Assembly: GCA_046724435.1 (NCBI GenBank)
Contig: JBKOWN010000109.1
Location: forward strand, 1 to 50,345
Direction: 5' to 3'
Length of the DNA stretch: 50,345 nucleotides
Source of the DNA: Actinomycetota bacterium
GTDB taxonomy: Bacteria > Actinomycetota > Acidimicrobiia > IMCC26256 > JACDBD01
A program made the translations under genes and the position numbers. This document shows, in pieces, positions 35,596 to 44,445 of this stretch (its first letter is position 1; every line of letters begins with the position of its first letter). The notes below the pieces were generated by a model, which did no database searches, was not told the DNA's origin, and saw only the letters and a list, made by a program, of their open reading frames with translations.

Positions 35596-35599
35596 CCCG

Positions 35600-35995
35600 T
35601 CACTCCGTCGGGGAGGTGTCGCGACTCTGGCGGATCAGGCCGATGACGCCGAACGCGAGCACGATGGCGCCGCCGAGGATGACCCAGACCCCGAACACGA
35701 ATCCGGTGGCGAACACCGCCGCGCCGAAAGCGAACACGAACGGCCAAACCGTTGAGGCAGGGAATTGATCGACCCTGCCCGCGCCGTCGGCGAGGGTCGC
35801 GTCGGATCGGTCCTCGGGACGGGGCGGGAATCGCCGCGCCTGGAACAGCAGGTACCCACCGGCAAGGAGCCCGAGGAGCGAGCTCGCCGCCAGCATCGTC
35901 GTGCCGGCGTCCTCGTAGCTCGTGAACCAGTAGATCGTGCCGACCACGACGAAGAACGCGGTGACGCCGAGATAAAAGAAGGATTCGACCTTCAC
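35600..35995 (-). CDS. ctaF: Cytochrome c oxidase subunit IV (actinobacterial CtaF)
   Basis: GTG 35995 overlaps the cta[30 protein letters not shown]... with four hydrophobic helices, as in Rv2199c-type CtaF. Confidence 0.8.
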   Translation of the reverse strand: MKVESFFYLGVTAFFVVVGTIYWFTSYEDAGTTMLAASSLLGLLAGGYLLFQARRFPPRPEDRSDATLADGAGRVDQFPASTVWPFVFAFGAAVFATGFVFGVWVILGGAIVLAFGVIGLIRQSRDTSPTE

Positions 35996-37650
35996 GTCGA
36001 CCTCGACGCTTCGACGAGGTCGCCGTACTTCTGGTCGAAGAACGGCCGCTCTGAGCGGATCGGGGGCAGCGAGTCGAAGTTGCGCTCGGGCGGCGGCGAG
36101 GTGGTCGCCCACTCGAGCGTCTGGCCGTCCCACGGGTCGTCGCCGGCGGGAGCATCGTGGCGCAGGGACCGGAACAGGTTCCAGGCGAAGATGAGCACGC
36201 TCACGGCGATGATGAACGAGCCGATCGTCGAGATCAGGTTGAGATTGCCGAACCCATCGCTCTCACGGTACGTCACGACCCGCCTCGGCATCCCTTGCAA
36301 CCCGAGTTGGTGCTGGACGAGGAACGTCACGTTGAACCCGATGAACAGCAGCCAGAAATGCCATTTGCCGAGTGACTCGCTCATCATCCGTCCCGTGAAC
36401 TTCGGGAACCAGTAGTAGATCGCGCCGAATCCGGCGAAGCCCGCGGCCGCGAACACCACGTAGTGGAGGTGCGCCACGACGAAGTACGTGTCGGTGACGT
36501 TGAAGTCGACCGGCGCCATGGCCTGGAGCACGCCCGTCAGGCCACCGAGCAGGAAGATGACGAGAAATCCGACGGTGAAGAGCATGGGCGTGGTGAAGCG
36601 CAGCTGGCCGTGCCACATGGTGCCGATCCAGTTGAAGAACTTGACGCCGGTCGGCACCGCGATGAGCAGTGACAACGCGCTGAAGAACGGGAGGAGCACC
36701 ACACCGGTGGCGAACATGTGGTGGGCCCAGACGCCGGTGGACAGGCCGCCGATTGCCAGGGTCGCGAAGATCAGCCCCTTGTAGCCGAACACCGGACGGC
36801 GCGAGAAGACCGGCAGGATCTCCGTGACCACGCCGAAGAAGGGCAGCGCCACGATGTAGACCTCGGGGTGGCCGAAGAACCAGAACAGGTGCTGCCACAG
36901 CACCGGCGTCCCGCCCTTCTGGACCGCGAAGATGTGAGCGTCGAGGTGTCGGTCGGCGAACAGCATGGCTAGCGCCGCGGTGAGCACCGGGAACGCCAGC
37001 AGGACCATCACGCTCGTCACGAGCATGTTCCACACGAAGATCGGCATCCGGAACATGGTCATGCCGGGCGCGCGCAGCATGAAGATGGTCGTGACCAGGT
37101 TCACGGCGCCGAGCACGGTCGCGGTGCTGGTAACGGTCACGCCCACGATCCAGAGGTCGGGTCCGGCGCCGGGTGCGTACGTCGCCCCGGACAGCGGGGC
37201 GTACGAGAACCACCCGAAGTTCGCGGCGCCGCTGGCGGTCAGGAATCCCGAGATCATCACGAGCCCGCCGAACAGGTACATCCAGTACGCCAGGGCGTTG
37301 AGGCGAGGGAAGGCCACGTCGGGCGCGCCGATCTGGAGCGGGACGATGTAGTTCGCCAGTCCGAAGGCGAAGGGCACGGCGAACAGGTACATCATGATGC
37401 TGCCGTGCATCGTGAAGAACTCGTTGTACGTCTCGGGGCTCAGGACGCTCTGGTTCGGTTGCGCCAACTGCGTCCGCATCCCGAGCGCGAGCAGGCCGCC
37501 GATGCAGAAGAACCCGAACGACGTCACGAGGTAGCTGAGCCCGATGACCTTGTGGTCCGTGCTCGTGACCCAGCGCAGGATCCCGGTGTTCGGGCGCGGC
37601 GCGGGCGCGGGCGCGGCGGCGGTGCCGGGACGCTCGGTGGTGACCGTCAC
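35992..37650 (-). CDS. ctaD: Cytochrome c oxidase (aa3) subunit I
   Basis: 552 aa. [20 protein letters not shown] heme/CuB ligand motifs. Confidence 0.97.
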   Translation of the reverse strand: MTVTTERPGTAAAPAPAPRPNTGILRWVTSTDHKVIGLSYLVTSFGFFCIGGLLALGMRTQLAQPNQSVLSPETYNEFFTMHGSIMMYLFAVPFAFGLANYIVPLQIGAPDVAFPRLNALAYWMYLFGGLVMISGFLTASGAANFGWFSYAPLSGATYAPGAGPDLWIVGVTVTSTATVLGAVNLVTTIFMLRAPGMTMFRMPIFVWNMLVTSVMVLLAFPVLTAALAMLFADRHLDAHIFAVQKGGTPVLWQHLFWFFGHPEVYIVALPFFGVVTEILPVFSRRPVFGYKGLIFATLAIGGLSTGVWAHHMFATGVVLLPFFSALSLLIAVPTGVKFFNWIGTMWHGQLRFTTPMLFTVGFLVIFLLGGLTGVLQAMAPVDFNVTDTYFVVAHLHYVVFAAAGFAGFGAIYYWFPKFTGRMMSESLGKWHFWLLFIGFNVTFLVQHQLGLQGMPRRVVTYRESDGFGNLNLISTIGSFIIAVSVLIFAWNLFRSLRHDAPAGDDPWDGQTLEWATTSPPPERNFDSLPPIRSERPFFDQKYGDLVEASRST

Positions 37651-38367
37651 GGGCTTCCTCCGCTCGCCGCGCGCTGCTGCGTTGCGATCCAGTCGCGATA
37701 GTCGGCCATGCTCACGGCCTTCACCTCAAAGGTCATCTTGGCGTGGTCGAGCCCGCAGAATTCTGCGCACCGGCCCGTGTACGTGCCCTTGTCCCGCACG
37801 TCGAAGTCGAAGCGGTTCGTCACACCCGGAATCGCGTCGCGTTTGAACAAGAAGCTGGGCACGTAGAACGAGTGGATGACGTCCGGTGACGTGAGCACGA
37901 GCCGCACGGTGCGATCCACCGGCAGGACCATCGTCGGCACCTTGTCGGGTAGGCCGGTAACCGTGATGTCGTCGTCGCGGTAGTGGAACTGCCATTGCCA
38001 CTGGAAACCTTTGACGTCGATCGTGACCGCCGGATGGCTCGAGAGCGCGTCCACCTCGTTCTGGGTTCGGTACGAGAACGCGAACAGCACGGCGACGATG
38101 ATCACCGGCACGACCGTGTACAGAATCTCGAGCTTGACGATGTACTGCGTCTGGGTCGGGAGGTCGTCGTTCCGTCGTCGGTACCGCAACACGGCGAACA
38201 CGATGAGACCCCACACCAGGCCGCCGACGAGCAGAGCCACGATCACGGACCCTTGCCACAGGCCGAAGATGTCGCGGCCCTGGCGAGTCGCCCCACGCCC
38301 GCCGCCGAATTCGAGGCCGCACCCCGAGAGCACGATCACGACGAGGGCGAGCGAAACGCGCCTCATG
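37647..38367 (-). CDS. ctaC: Cytochrome c oxidase subunit II (CuA), lipoprotein-type signal
   Basis: Start chosen at ATG 38367 ([17 protein letters not shown]). CuA site HSFYVP...[12 protein letters not shown]. Its stop overlaps the ctaD start. Confidence 0.9.
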
Positions 38368-38412
38368 GCGGCGGACACTATCCCCCGACTCTGGGGCACG
38401 CGATGATGCGCC

Positions 38413-39891
38413 GTGCTCATCTCGGGCGTGCTCGCAGCCACGTCCAACTCTGACGAGACCTTCTCGATCCCGATCCTCATCGGCGCGGCGGCCCTCGCCG
38501 GTGTCTGGTTGCTGCTCCTGGTCGCCGTGGCGGCCTGGCGCCGACCACCCCGGATCCGGCCCGGCCCTCCCACCCAGGATCTTCCACCGGTGCCACCCGC
38601 CGTATCGGGTCTCTTGTGCAACGACTTCGAGCTGCCCGCCGAGCTTCCACCGGCGACGCTGCTCGACCTCGCAGCCCGGCACGTGGTCCGGCTGGAAGAG
38701 GTCGAGCCGGGCAAGACGATCTGCCGGCTCAGGGGCGCAGCCACCGACCAGCCGCTGACCCCGTACGAGAAGCGGGTGCTCGACGAGGTCCGGCGCAAGG
38801 CCGTCGACGGTGTCGTGCCGACCGACGCGCTGACAACCGGGCCCGAGGACGCGTCGCGCGGATGGCAGCGGGCATTCAGCCGAGAGGTGATCGGCGATGC
38901 GCAGGACCGCGGGCTGACGCGGGACCGCTGGCCCGGCTGGTTGGTGTCGCTCTTCGGCGTGGGCCCGTTCGCGATCGGCGGGCTCCTCTACCTGTCGAGC
39001 GTGGTCGGCGGTGAGAGCAGCAAGCAGCCGGCGGCGGCGGCCATCGCGGGTGGCATCGCGGTCGTCGGCATCGTCTTGATCGTCTTGGCCGACGGCCGCC
39101 TCTCACGATCACTGGCGCAGCTGCCGACGGCGACGGGAAAGGACACGACGGCGCGCTGCCTCGCCCTGCGTGCGCACCTGCGCGAGAACGAGCAGCTCGC
39201 CGACTTGTCGCCGGCAGCCGTGCAGCTGTGGGGTCGGCATTTCGCGTACGCAGGCGTGATGGGCATCGCCCCGACCGCGGTCGCACTCCTACCGTTCGGC
39301 ACCGAGGACGACAACGGCGCCTGGAGTCGCTTCGGCGGTCGGTGGCGTCGCGTGCGCGTCGGCTATCCGCGCGGCTGGCCGCCGGGCTGGGGCAAGCACC
39401 CCGCGCTCGCCAGCTTCCTCGCCGTGCTCTGGGGCGCAGCGGCAGTGGCCGCTCTCTACGGGCTCATCCGTGTCGCGCGGTCAGCGGCCGATCCGATCAC
39501 GTCGACCGACCCTCTCCTGAATCGTGAACAGCTCGACTGGGTCGGACGGAGCGCGCTGCTGCTCACGATCCCGGCCGCGCTCCTCCTTCTGTGGGCGATC
39601 GTCCTCCTGGTGCGGGCCGTGCCCGACTTCTGGGGCAACCGGAAGACCACCGGCGCGTTGGTGCGGGCACGCCGACGACGTCAGATCTTCGGGTCCGGCA
39701 ACAGCAACAACCCGCGGTACTGGTACTACCTCGCCTTCGACGACGGTACGCGCCGGAGGATCCGGTCGTGGCGGGTGCGGCGCGACCTCTACGCCGTGCA
39801 CTCGCAGGGCGAGACGGTCGCCGCGCTGTACACGACAAACCTCGGCTATGTACGCGAGCTCCGGCCGGCCTCCGGAGCGCGCCCTACGTGA
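38413..39891 (+). CDS. Hypothetical multi-pass membrane protein (about 490 aa), function unknown
   Basis: ORF with consistently high GC3. N-terminal TM, a soluble segment, central TM cluster (GWLVSLFGVGPFAIGGLLYL, AAAIAGGIAVVGIVLIVL), later TMs and a basic C-terminal domain. I recognise no family with confidence. Confidence 0.55.
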   Translation: MLISGVLAATSNSDETFSIPILIGAAALAGVWLLLLVAVAAWRRPPRIRPGPPTQDLPPVPPAVSGLLCNDFELPAELPPATLLDLAARHVVRLEEVEPGKTICRLRGAATDQPLTPYEKRVLDEVRRKAVDGVVPTDALTTGPEDASRGWQRAFSREVIGDAQDRGLTRDRWPGWLVSLFGVGPFAIGGLLYLSSVVGGESSKQPAAAAIAGGIAVVGIVLIVLADGRLSRSLAQLPTATGKDTTARCLALRAHLRENEQLADLSPAAVQLWGRHFAYAGVMGIAPTAVALLPFGTEDDNGAWSRFGGRWRRVRVGYPRGWPPGWGKHPALASFLAVLWGAAAVAALYGLIRVARSAADPITSTDPLLNREQLDWVGRSALLLTIPAALLLLWAIVLLVRAVPDFWGNRKTTGALVRARRRRQIFGSGNSNNPRYWYYLAFDDGTRRRIRSWRVRRDLYAVHSQGETVAALYTTNLGYVRELRPASGARPT

Positions 39892-41002
39892 TCTTGAGCT
39901 CGGGGCGGTAGATCTTCTTCGGCGCGAGATCTTCGACGCGCTCGGCGATGGCCACGAAGGCCTGCGACGCCTCATCGTCCGGGTGTGTCACGACGAACGG
40001 GCGGCCCTCGTCGGCGCCGATGCGCAACTCCGGCACCAGCGGCACCTGCCCGAGTAACGGGACACCCAGCTGGTCCGCGAGCTCACGCCCGCCGCCGGCG
40101 CCGAAGAGCTCGTACGCCTTGCCGTCGTCGCCGCGGAACCAGGACATGTTCTCGATCACGCCCATCACGTCGAGGTTCACCTTCTGGCTCATGTACGCGG
40201 CGCGCTGGGCAACACGCTGCGCGGCGGGCTGCGGCGTGGTCACGATGAGCACCTCGGCCCGGGGCAGGAACTGCGCCATCGACAACGCGATGTCGCCGGT
40301 GCCCGGGGGCATGTCGACGACGAGGAAGTCGGGCTCGTCCCAGTGCACATCGGTCAGGAACTGCTCGAGCGCCTTGTGCAACATCGGGCCCCGCCACACG
40401 ACCGGCTGGTCCTCCCGGGCGAAGAACCCCATCGAGATCAGGTTCACGCCGTTCGCCTCGGGCGGGATGATGACGTCGTCGAGCACGACAGGTGGGTGGT
40501 CGATGCCGAGCATGCGCGGCATCGAGAAGCCCCACACGTCGGCGTCGACGGCGGCGACCTTGTAGCCACGCCGGGCGAGCGAGACCGCGAGGTTCGTGGT
40601 CACCGAGGACTTCCCGACACCGCCCTTCCCCGACGCGACTGCGAGCACGCGGGTGCGGGCGTCGGTGAACGGGTTCACGCGGGCGGGCCGGCCGTCGGCC
40701 GCCGAAGCGCCCGCATGCTGCTGACGCAGTCGCTCGGCGACGGCCTGGCGCTGCTCGTCGTCCATGACGGTCAGGTCCACGTCGACCGACTCGACACCGT
40801 CGAGGGGCTGGACGGCCTCGCTGACGCGCCGGGTGATCTCGGGCTTGAGCGGGCACCCGGACACAGTGAGAGCGACGGTCACCGCCACCCGACCTCCGTC
40901 GATGGCGACCTGCTTGACCATGTCGAGGTCGACGATCGATTGGTGCAGCTCGGGATCCTCGACCGGACGCAGGGCCTCGAGGACGGCGGCCTCGGTGGGC
41001 AT
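39884..41002 (-). CDS. apbC: Mrp/ApbC/NBP35-type Fe-S cluster carrier ATPase with N-terminal DUF59 domain
   Basis: Start at ATG 41002 after a GAGGAGA SD. DPELHQSIVDLDMV (DUF59), deviant Walker A ASGKGGVGKSS, and the CPxC-equivalent region. Confidence 0.92.
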   Translation of the reverse strand: MPTEAAVLEALRPVEDPELHQSIVDLDMVKQVAIDGGRVAVTVALTVSGCPLKPEITRRVSEAVQPLDGVESVDVDLTVMDDEQRQAVAERLRQQHAGASAADGRPARVNPFTDARTRVLAVASGKGGVGKSSVTTNLAVSLARRGYKVAAVDADVWGFSMPRMLGIDHPPVVLDDVIIPPEANGVNLISMGFFAREDQPVVWRGPMLHKALEQFLTDVHWDEPDFLVVDMPPGTGDIALSMAQFLPRAEVLIVTTPQPAAQRVAQRAAYMSQKVNLDVMGVIENMSWFRGDDGKAYELFGAGGGRELADQLGVPLLGQVPLVPELRIGADEGRPFVVTHPDDEASQAFVAIAERVEDLAPKKIYRPELKIT

Positions 41003-41056
41003 TGGCGTCTCCTCGCCTCTCCTCGCCCGGGGGGGCATTTCCACTACGTGCATAGG

Positions 41057-41062
41057 TAGAAT
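41057..41062 (+). promoter_or_regulatory. Candidate -10 hexamer TAGAAT, 6 nt upstream of ATG 41069 (possible leaderless transcript)
   Basis: cataggTAGAATaccggcATG. There is no SD between the hexamer and the start codon. Confidence 0.35.
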
Positions 41063-41068
41063 ACCGGC

Positions 41069-41812
41069 ATGACGGAGCCGGCCGCGAAGCCCAGGGGCGC
41101 CGGGCTCAGCGCCGACGAGTTCAGCGCCGCGGTCAGCGCGGTCACGAGCGCCTTCGGGGACCCGACCCGCCGCGACATCTACCTGTTCGTGCGGGCCGGC
41201 GCCGACGGGGTCACCGCAGCCGAAGTGGCCGAGCGCTTCGACCTGCATCCCAACGTCGCCCGCCACCACCTCGAGAAGCTGACGGCCGGCGGGTACCTGA
41301 CCGTCGAGCTGGCTCGCCACGAGACGGCGGGCCGGCCGTCGAAGCGGTACCGCGCCGGCGAGCTCGACACCTCGCTGAACTTCCCACCCCGGCGGGACGA
41401 CCTCCTCGCGACCCTCCTGGCCCGCTCACTGGAACTGCTCGACCCCGACCAGGCCGCCGCCATGGCCGAAGAGGTCGGGTACGACTACGGGATCGCCATC
41501 GCCGCTCGCATGACCCCCGAGACCGACGACGCCGGCGCTGGCCACCGATCGGTCCGCGCCGCCCTGGCAACCGTTGCCGACGCGCTCACCGCCCACGGGT
41601 TCGCCGCCCACGCCGAGGCGAGCGGCGGATCACTCACGATCGTGTCAGAGCAGTGCCCATTCGGCGACGCGGCCAAGAAGTACCCCCACGTCGTGTGCTC
41701 GGTCGATCGGGGCATGATCCGCGGGATGCTCGCCGGGCTGTACGGCGAGACGCATCCTCTGTTCACGGAGAGCCGTCCCGCGGGCGACGAGCACTGCGTC
41801 GCACGCGTCTGA
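41069..41812 (+). CDS. ArsR-type winged-helix regulator with C-terminal Cys-containing sensor domain (SufR-like)
   Basis: 247 aa. FGDPTRRDIYLFV...AAEVAERFDLHPNVARHHLEKL HTH. C-terminal CPFGDAAKKYPHVVC...DEHC cysteine cluster. Divergent from apbC and directly upstream of a cysteine desulfurase. Confidence 0.7.
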   Translation: MTEPAAKPRGAGLSADEFSAAVSAVTSAFGDPTRRDIYLFVRAGADGVTAAEVAERFDLHPNVARHHLEKLTAGGYLTVELARHETAGRPSKRYRAGELDTSLNFPPRRDDLLATLLARSLELLDPDQAAAMAEEVGYDYGIAIAARMTPETDDAGAGHRSVRAALATVADALTAHGFAAHAEASGGSLTIVSEQCPFGDAAKKYPHVVCSVDRGMIRGMLAGLYGETHPLFTESRPAGDEHCVARV

Positions 41813-41821
41813 CGCTCGCTC

Positions 41822-42964
41822 GTGCGGCGCGCGTACCTCGACCACGCGTCCACGTCACCCCTGCGCCCCGCCGCGTTCGAGGCAATGCTGCCGTTCCTGC
41901 GTGACCATCACGCCGATCCCGGACGTCTCCACGCCGAAGGGCGGGTGACGCGCGTGGCGCTCGAGGACGCGCGCGAGCAGGTCGCCACGCTGCTCGGCGC
42001 ACGGCCGCGGGAGGTCGTCTTCACGGCCAGCGGGACCGAGGCAGTGAACACCGCAGTCTGGGGCGCGGTGGCCCGCACCGACGCGCCGGCGCACATCGTG
42101 ACGACTGCAGTCGAGCACTCCGCCGTGCTTGACGCGTGTCACCGCAGCGGCGCCGAGGTGACCGTGGTCGGCGTCGATCGCCTCGGCCGCCACGACCCCG
42201 CCGCGGTGCTCGACGCGATCCGACCCGCGACCGCGCTCGTCACCGTTCAGCTCGCCAACCACGAGGTCGGGACGATCCAGCCGGCGGCGGCAGTGACGGC
42301 GGCGTGCCGAGAGCGCGGCGCGCTCGTCCACGTCGATGCGTGCATGGCGGCAGGGCACGTCGCAGTCGAGTTCGGCGCGCTCGGCGCCGATCTGTGCTCG
42401 GTGAGCGCGCACAAGTTCGGCGGGCCCAAGGGCGCCGGCGCGTTGCTCGTCCGCCGCGGCCTGCGACTGCCGCCGTTCGTGGTCGGCGGCGCGCAGGAAC
42501 GCGCCCGGCGGGGCGGCCTCGAGGACGTCCCGGCCATGGTCGGCTTCGGCGCCGCGGCCGCCGAGGTCTCCGCCGACGGGCGGCTTACGGCGGAGGCCCA
42601 CGCGCAGCGCGAGCTCACCGACCGCGTCGCGCATGATGCCCCGGCGCGCGTCGGTGGTGTCCTGCAGTACGGCGACCCGGTCGACCGGGTGCCGCACCTC
42701 GTCTGCCTGGGCGTCGACGGCGTCGAGGCCGAGCCGATCCTGCTCGGCCTCGACCAGCGGGGTGTGGCGGTCCACTCGGGGTCGGCGTGCTCCAGCGAGG
42801 CGCTCGAGCCGTCGCCGATCCTCGCTGCCATGGGCGTCGACGCCGACCATTCACTGCGCGTCAGCGTCGGCTGGAGCTCGACGGCCGAGGACGTCGACGC
42901 CTTCCTCGACGCCTTCCCGTCTGTCGTGGATCGGCTGCGCGCGCTCCGAGTCGGCGGTGCTTGA
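41822..42964 (+). CDS. Cysteine desulfurase (class V aminotransferase, NifS/IscS-like)
   Basis: 380 aa. YLDHASTSP, SAHKFGGPKGAGAL (PLP Lys), and the active-site loop HSGSACSS. Confidence 0.9.
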   Translation: MRRAYLDHASTSPLRPAAFEAMLPFLRDHHADPGRLHAEGRVTRVALEDAREQVATLLGARPREVVFTASGTEAVNTAVWGAVARTDAPAHIVTTAVEHSAVLDACHRSGAEVTVVGVDRLGRHDPAAVLDAIRPATALVTVQLANHEVGTIQPAAAVTAACRERGALVHVDACMAAGHVAVEFGALGADLCSVSAHKFGGPKGAGALLVRRGLRLPPFVVGGAQERARRGGLEDVPAMVGFGAAAAEVSADGRLTAEAHAQRELTDRVAHDAPARVGGVLQYGDPVDRVPHLVCLGVDGVEAEPILLGLDQRGVAVHSGSACSSEALEPSPILAAMGVDADHSLRVSVGWSSTAEDVDAFLDAFPSVVDRLRALRVGGA

Positions 42965-43015
42965 CCTCGCGCCCGCGCTCGGACTCCACACGACGGGAGT
43001 AGCGTTGCATTCGCC

Positions 43016-43480
43016 ATGATCCCGGTACGGCGCCTGAATCACGCGGTCCTGTACGTGCGCGACGCCGATCGAGCCGCTGCCTTCTACCAGGAGGCGTTCG
43101 GGTTCGAGGTCGTCCAGCGCATCCCCGGCGTCGCCGCCTTCCTGAAAGCGGCGGGCACCACGAACCACCACGATCTGGGTCTCTTCTCGCTCGGCGCAAA
43201 TGCGCCCGGCCCCGAGCGCGGCCGCGTCGGCCTGTACCACCTGGCGTGGGAAGTGCCTTCGATCCACGACCTCGCCGCCGGCCGAGACACGCTCGCGCGC
43301 CTCGGCGCGCTGGTCGGCCAGAGCGACCACGGCGCCACGAAGTCGCTCTACGGCAGGGATCCGGACGGCAACGAGTTCGAGATCATGTGGCTCGTGCCGC
43401 GTGAGCAATGGGGCGACCTCGAGCACGAGGCGTCGACCGACCCGCTCGACCTCGACGCCGAGCTCGCCCGCTGGGGCTGA
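43016..43480 (+). CDS. VOC (glyoxalase/bleomycin resistance/extradiol dioxygenase) family protein
   Basis: 154 aa. RLNHAVLYVRDADRAAAFYQEAFGFEVV and HLAWEV motifs. Confidence 0.85.
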   Translation: MIPVRRLNHAVLYVRDADRAAAFYQEAFGFEVVQRIPGVAAFLKAAGTTNHHDLGLFSLGANAPGPERGRVGLYHLAWEVPSIHDLAAGRDTLARLGALVGQSDHGATKSLYGRDPDGNEFEIMWLVPREQWGDLEHEASTDPLDLDAELARWG

Positions 43481-43490
43481 GTCGCCGCGC

Positions 43491-44432
43491 TCAGGCTGTC
43501 TCCGGCTTCAACACCAGGTGCACGGTGAGATGCTGGCGCAGGGTCCCGCTGTCGGAACCTGACTGGATGCGAAACGCCTGGTTGCCGCTCGATCGGACTT
43601 CACCGGCGACGGGCAGCAGACTCGTCAGGTCGACGGTGTTCTCGCCGCGGAACGTCGTCTTGTAGCTCTGGACCTGGAGCTGGGTGCCGGGCGCCACGTT
43701 CGGAAGCTCGACCGTCTGTTTGCCGGCCGTCTGCGTGCCGCGCACGCCGAGCACGACCCTCGATCCCGTGCGCTTCTTCAGCGTGTACTCGTAGACCTGA
43801 TTGGCTTGGATCCCGTTCAGCCCCAGGTCGGTGGTGGCGCGCCAGCGCGCGCCAACGCCGACCGGCGCCTCGGGGAAGGGGATCGCAAGCGTGCGCAGCT
43901 GGTCGCCGAGCTGCGTGACCAGGCTCGACACCGACGAATCGAGATTCGGCGGAACGTTGAGCGAGCTGTCGACGAGCACGCCCTGCGGTGTGACGGTCAG
44001 CTGCCCCGACAGGCCGGTCAGTCCCGAGAACGCCTGCTGGATCTGCCGCCGCTGGGACTTGCTGGCTTTGCCACCGCGCAACAGTTCGAACGAGGGATAC
44101 GTGAAGCTGATCTGCAGGTTGCCCTCGGGGGTCATTCCCTGCAGCGTCGTCACCACTGTGGCCTTGGTCGGCGGCGGGTTGACGCTGGCGGACGACACAC
44201 CCGACTGCTGGACTGAGAAAGTCACGGTCATGGACGACCGTTGCGACGTTCCCACGGGCGGCGAGAGCCGGAGCTGCTCGAGTGGCGCCTTCCCGGGAGC
44301 GAGGACCTCCACCCTCGGCGTTGGGCTCGGAGTCGCCTGCGTCTCGCGAGCGATCGCCGGCTGAGCGGCCAGCGCGGGACCAGCCGCGAGCACGACGGCC
44401 ACGACGAGGACACGAAGGCTCGAGCTTTTCAT
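43491..44432 (-). CDS. Secreted hypothetical protein (S/T/Q-rich, probably beta-rich), function unknown
   Basis: Start chosen at ATG 44432 (MKSSSLRVLVVAVVLAAGPALAAQPA, a signal peptide), 14 nt after the acn stop. No family recognised. Confidence 0.6.
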   Translation of the reverse strand: MKSSSLRVLVVAVVLAAGPALAAQPAIARETQATPSPTPRVEVLAPGKAPLEQLRLSPPVGTSQRSSMTVTFSVQQSGVSSASVNPPPTKATVVTTLQGMTPEGNLQISFTYPSFELLRGGKASKSQRRQIQQAFSGLTGLSGQLTVTPQGVLVDSSLNVPPNLDSSVSSLVTQLGDQLRTLAIPFPEAPVGVGARWRATTDLGLNGIQANQVYEYTLKKRTGSRVVLGVRGTQTAGKQTVELPNVAPGTQLQVQSYKTTFRGENTVDLTSLLPVAGEVRSSGNQAFRIQSGSDSGTLRQHLTVHLVLKPETA

Positions 44433-44445
44433 GTCGTGGGCTCGA

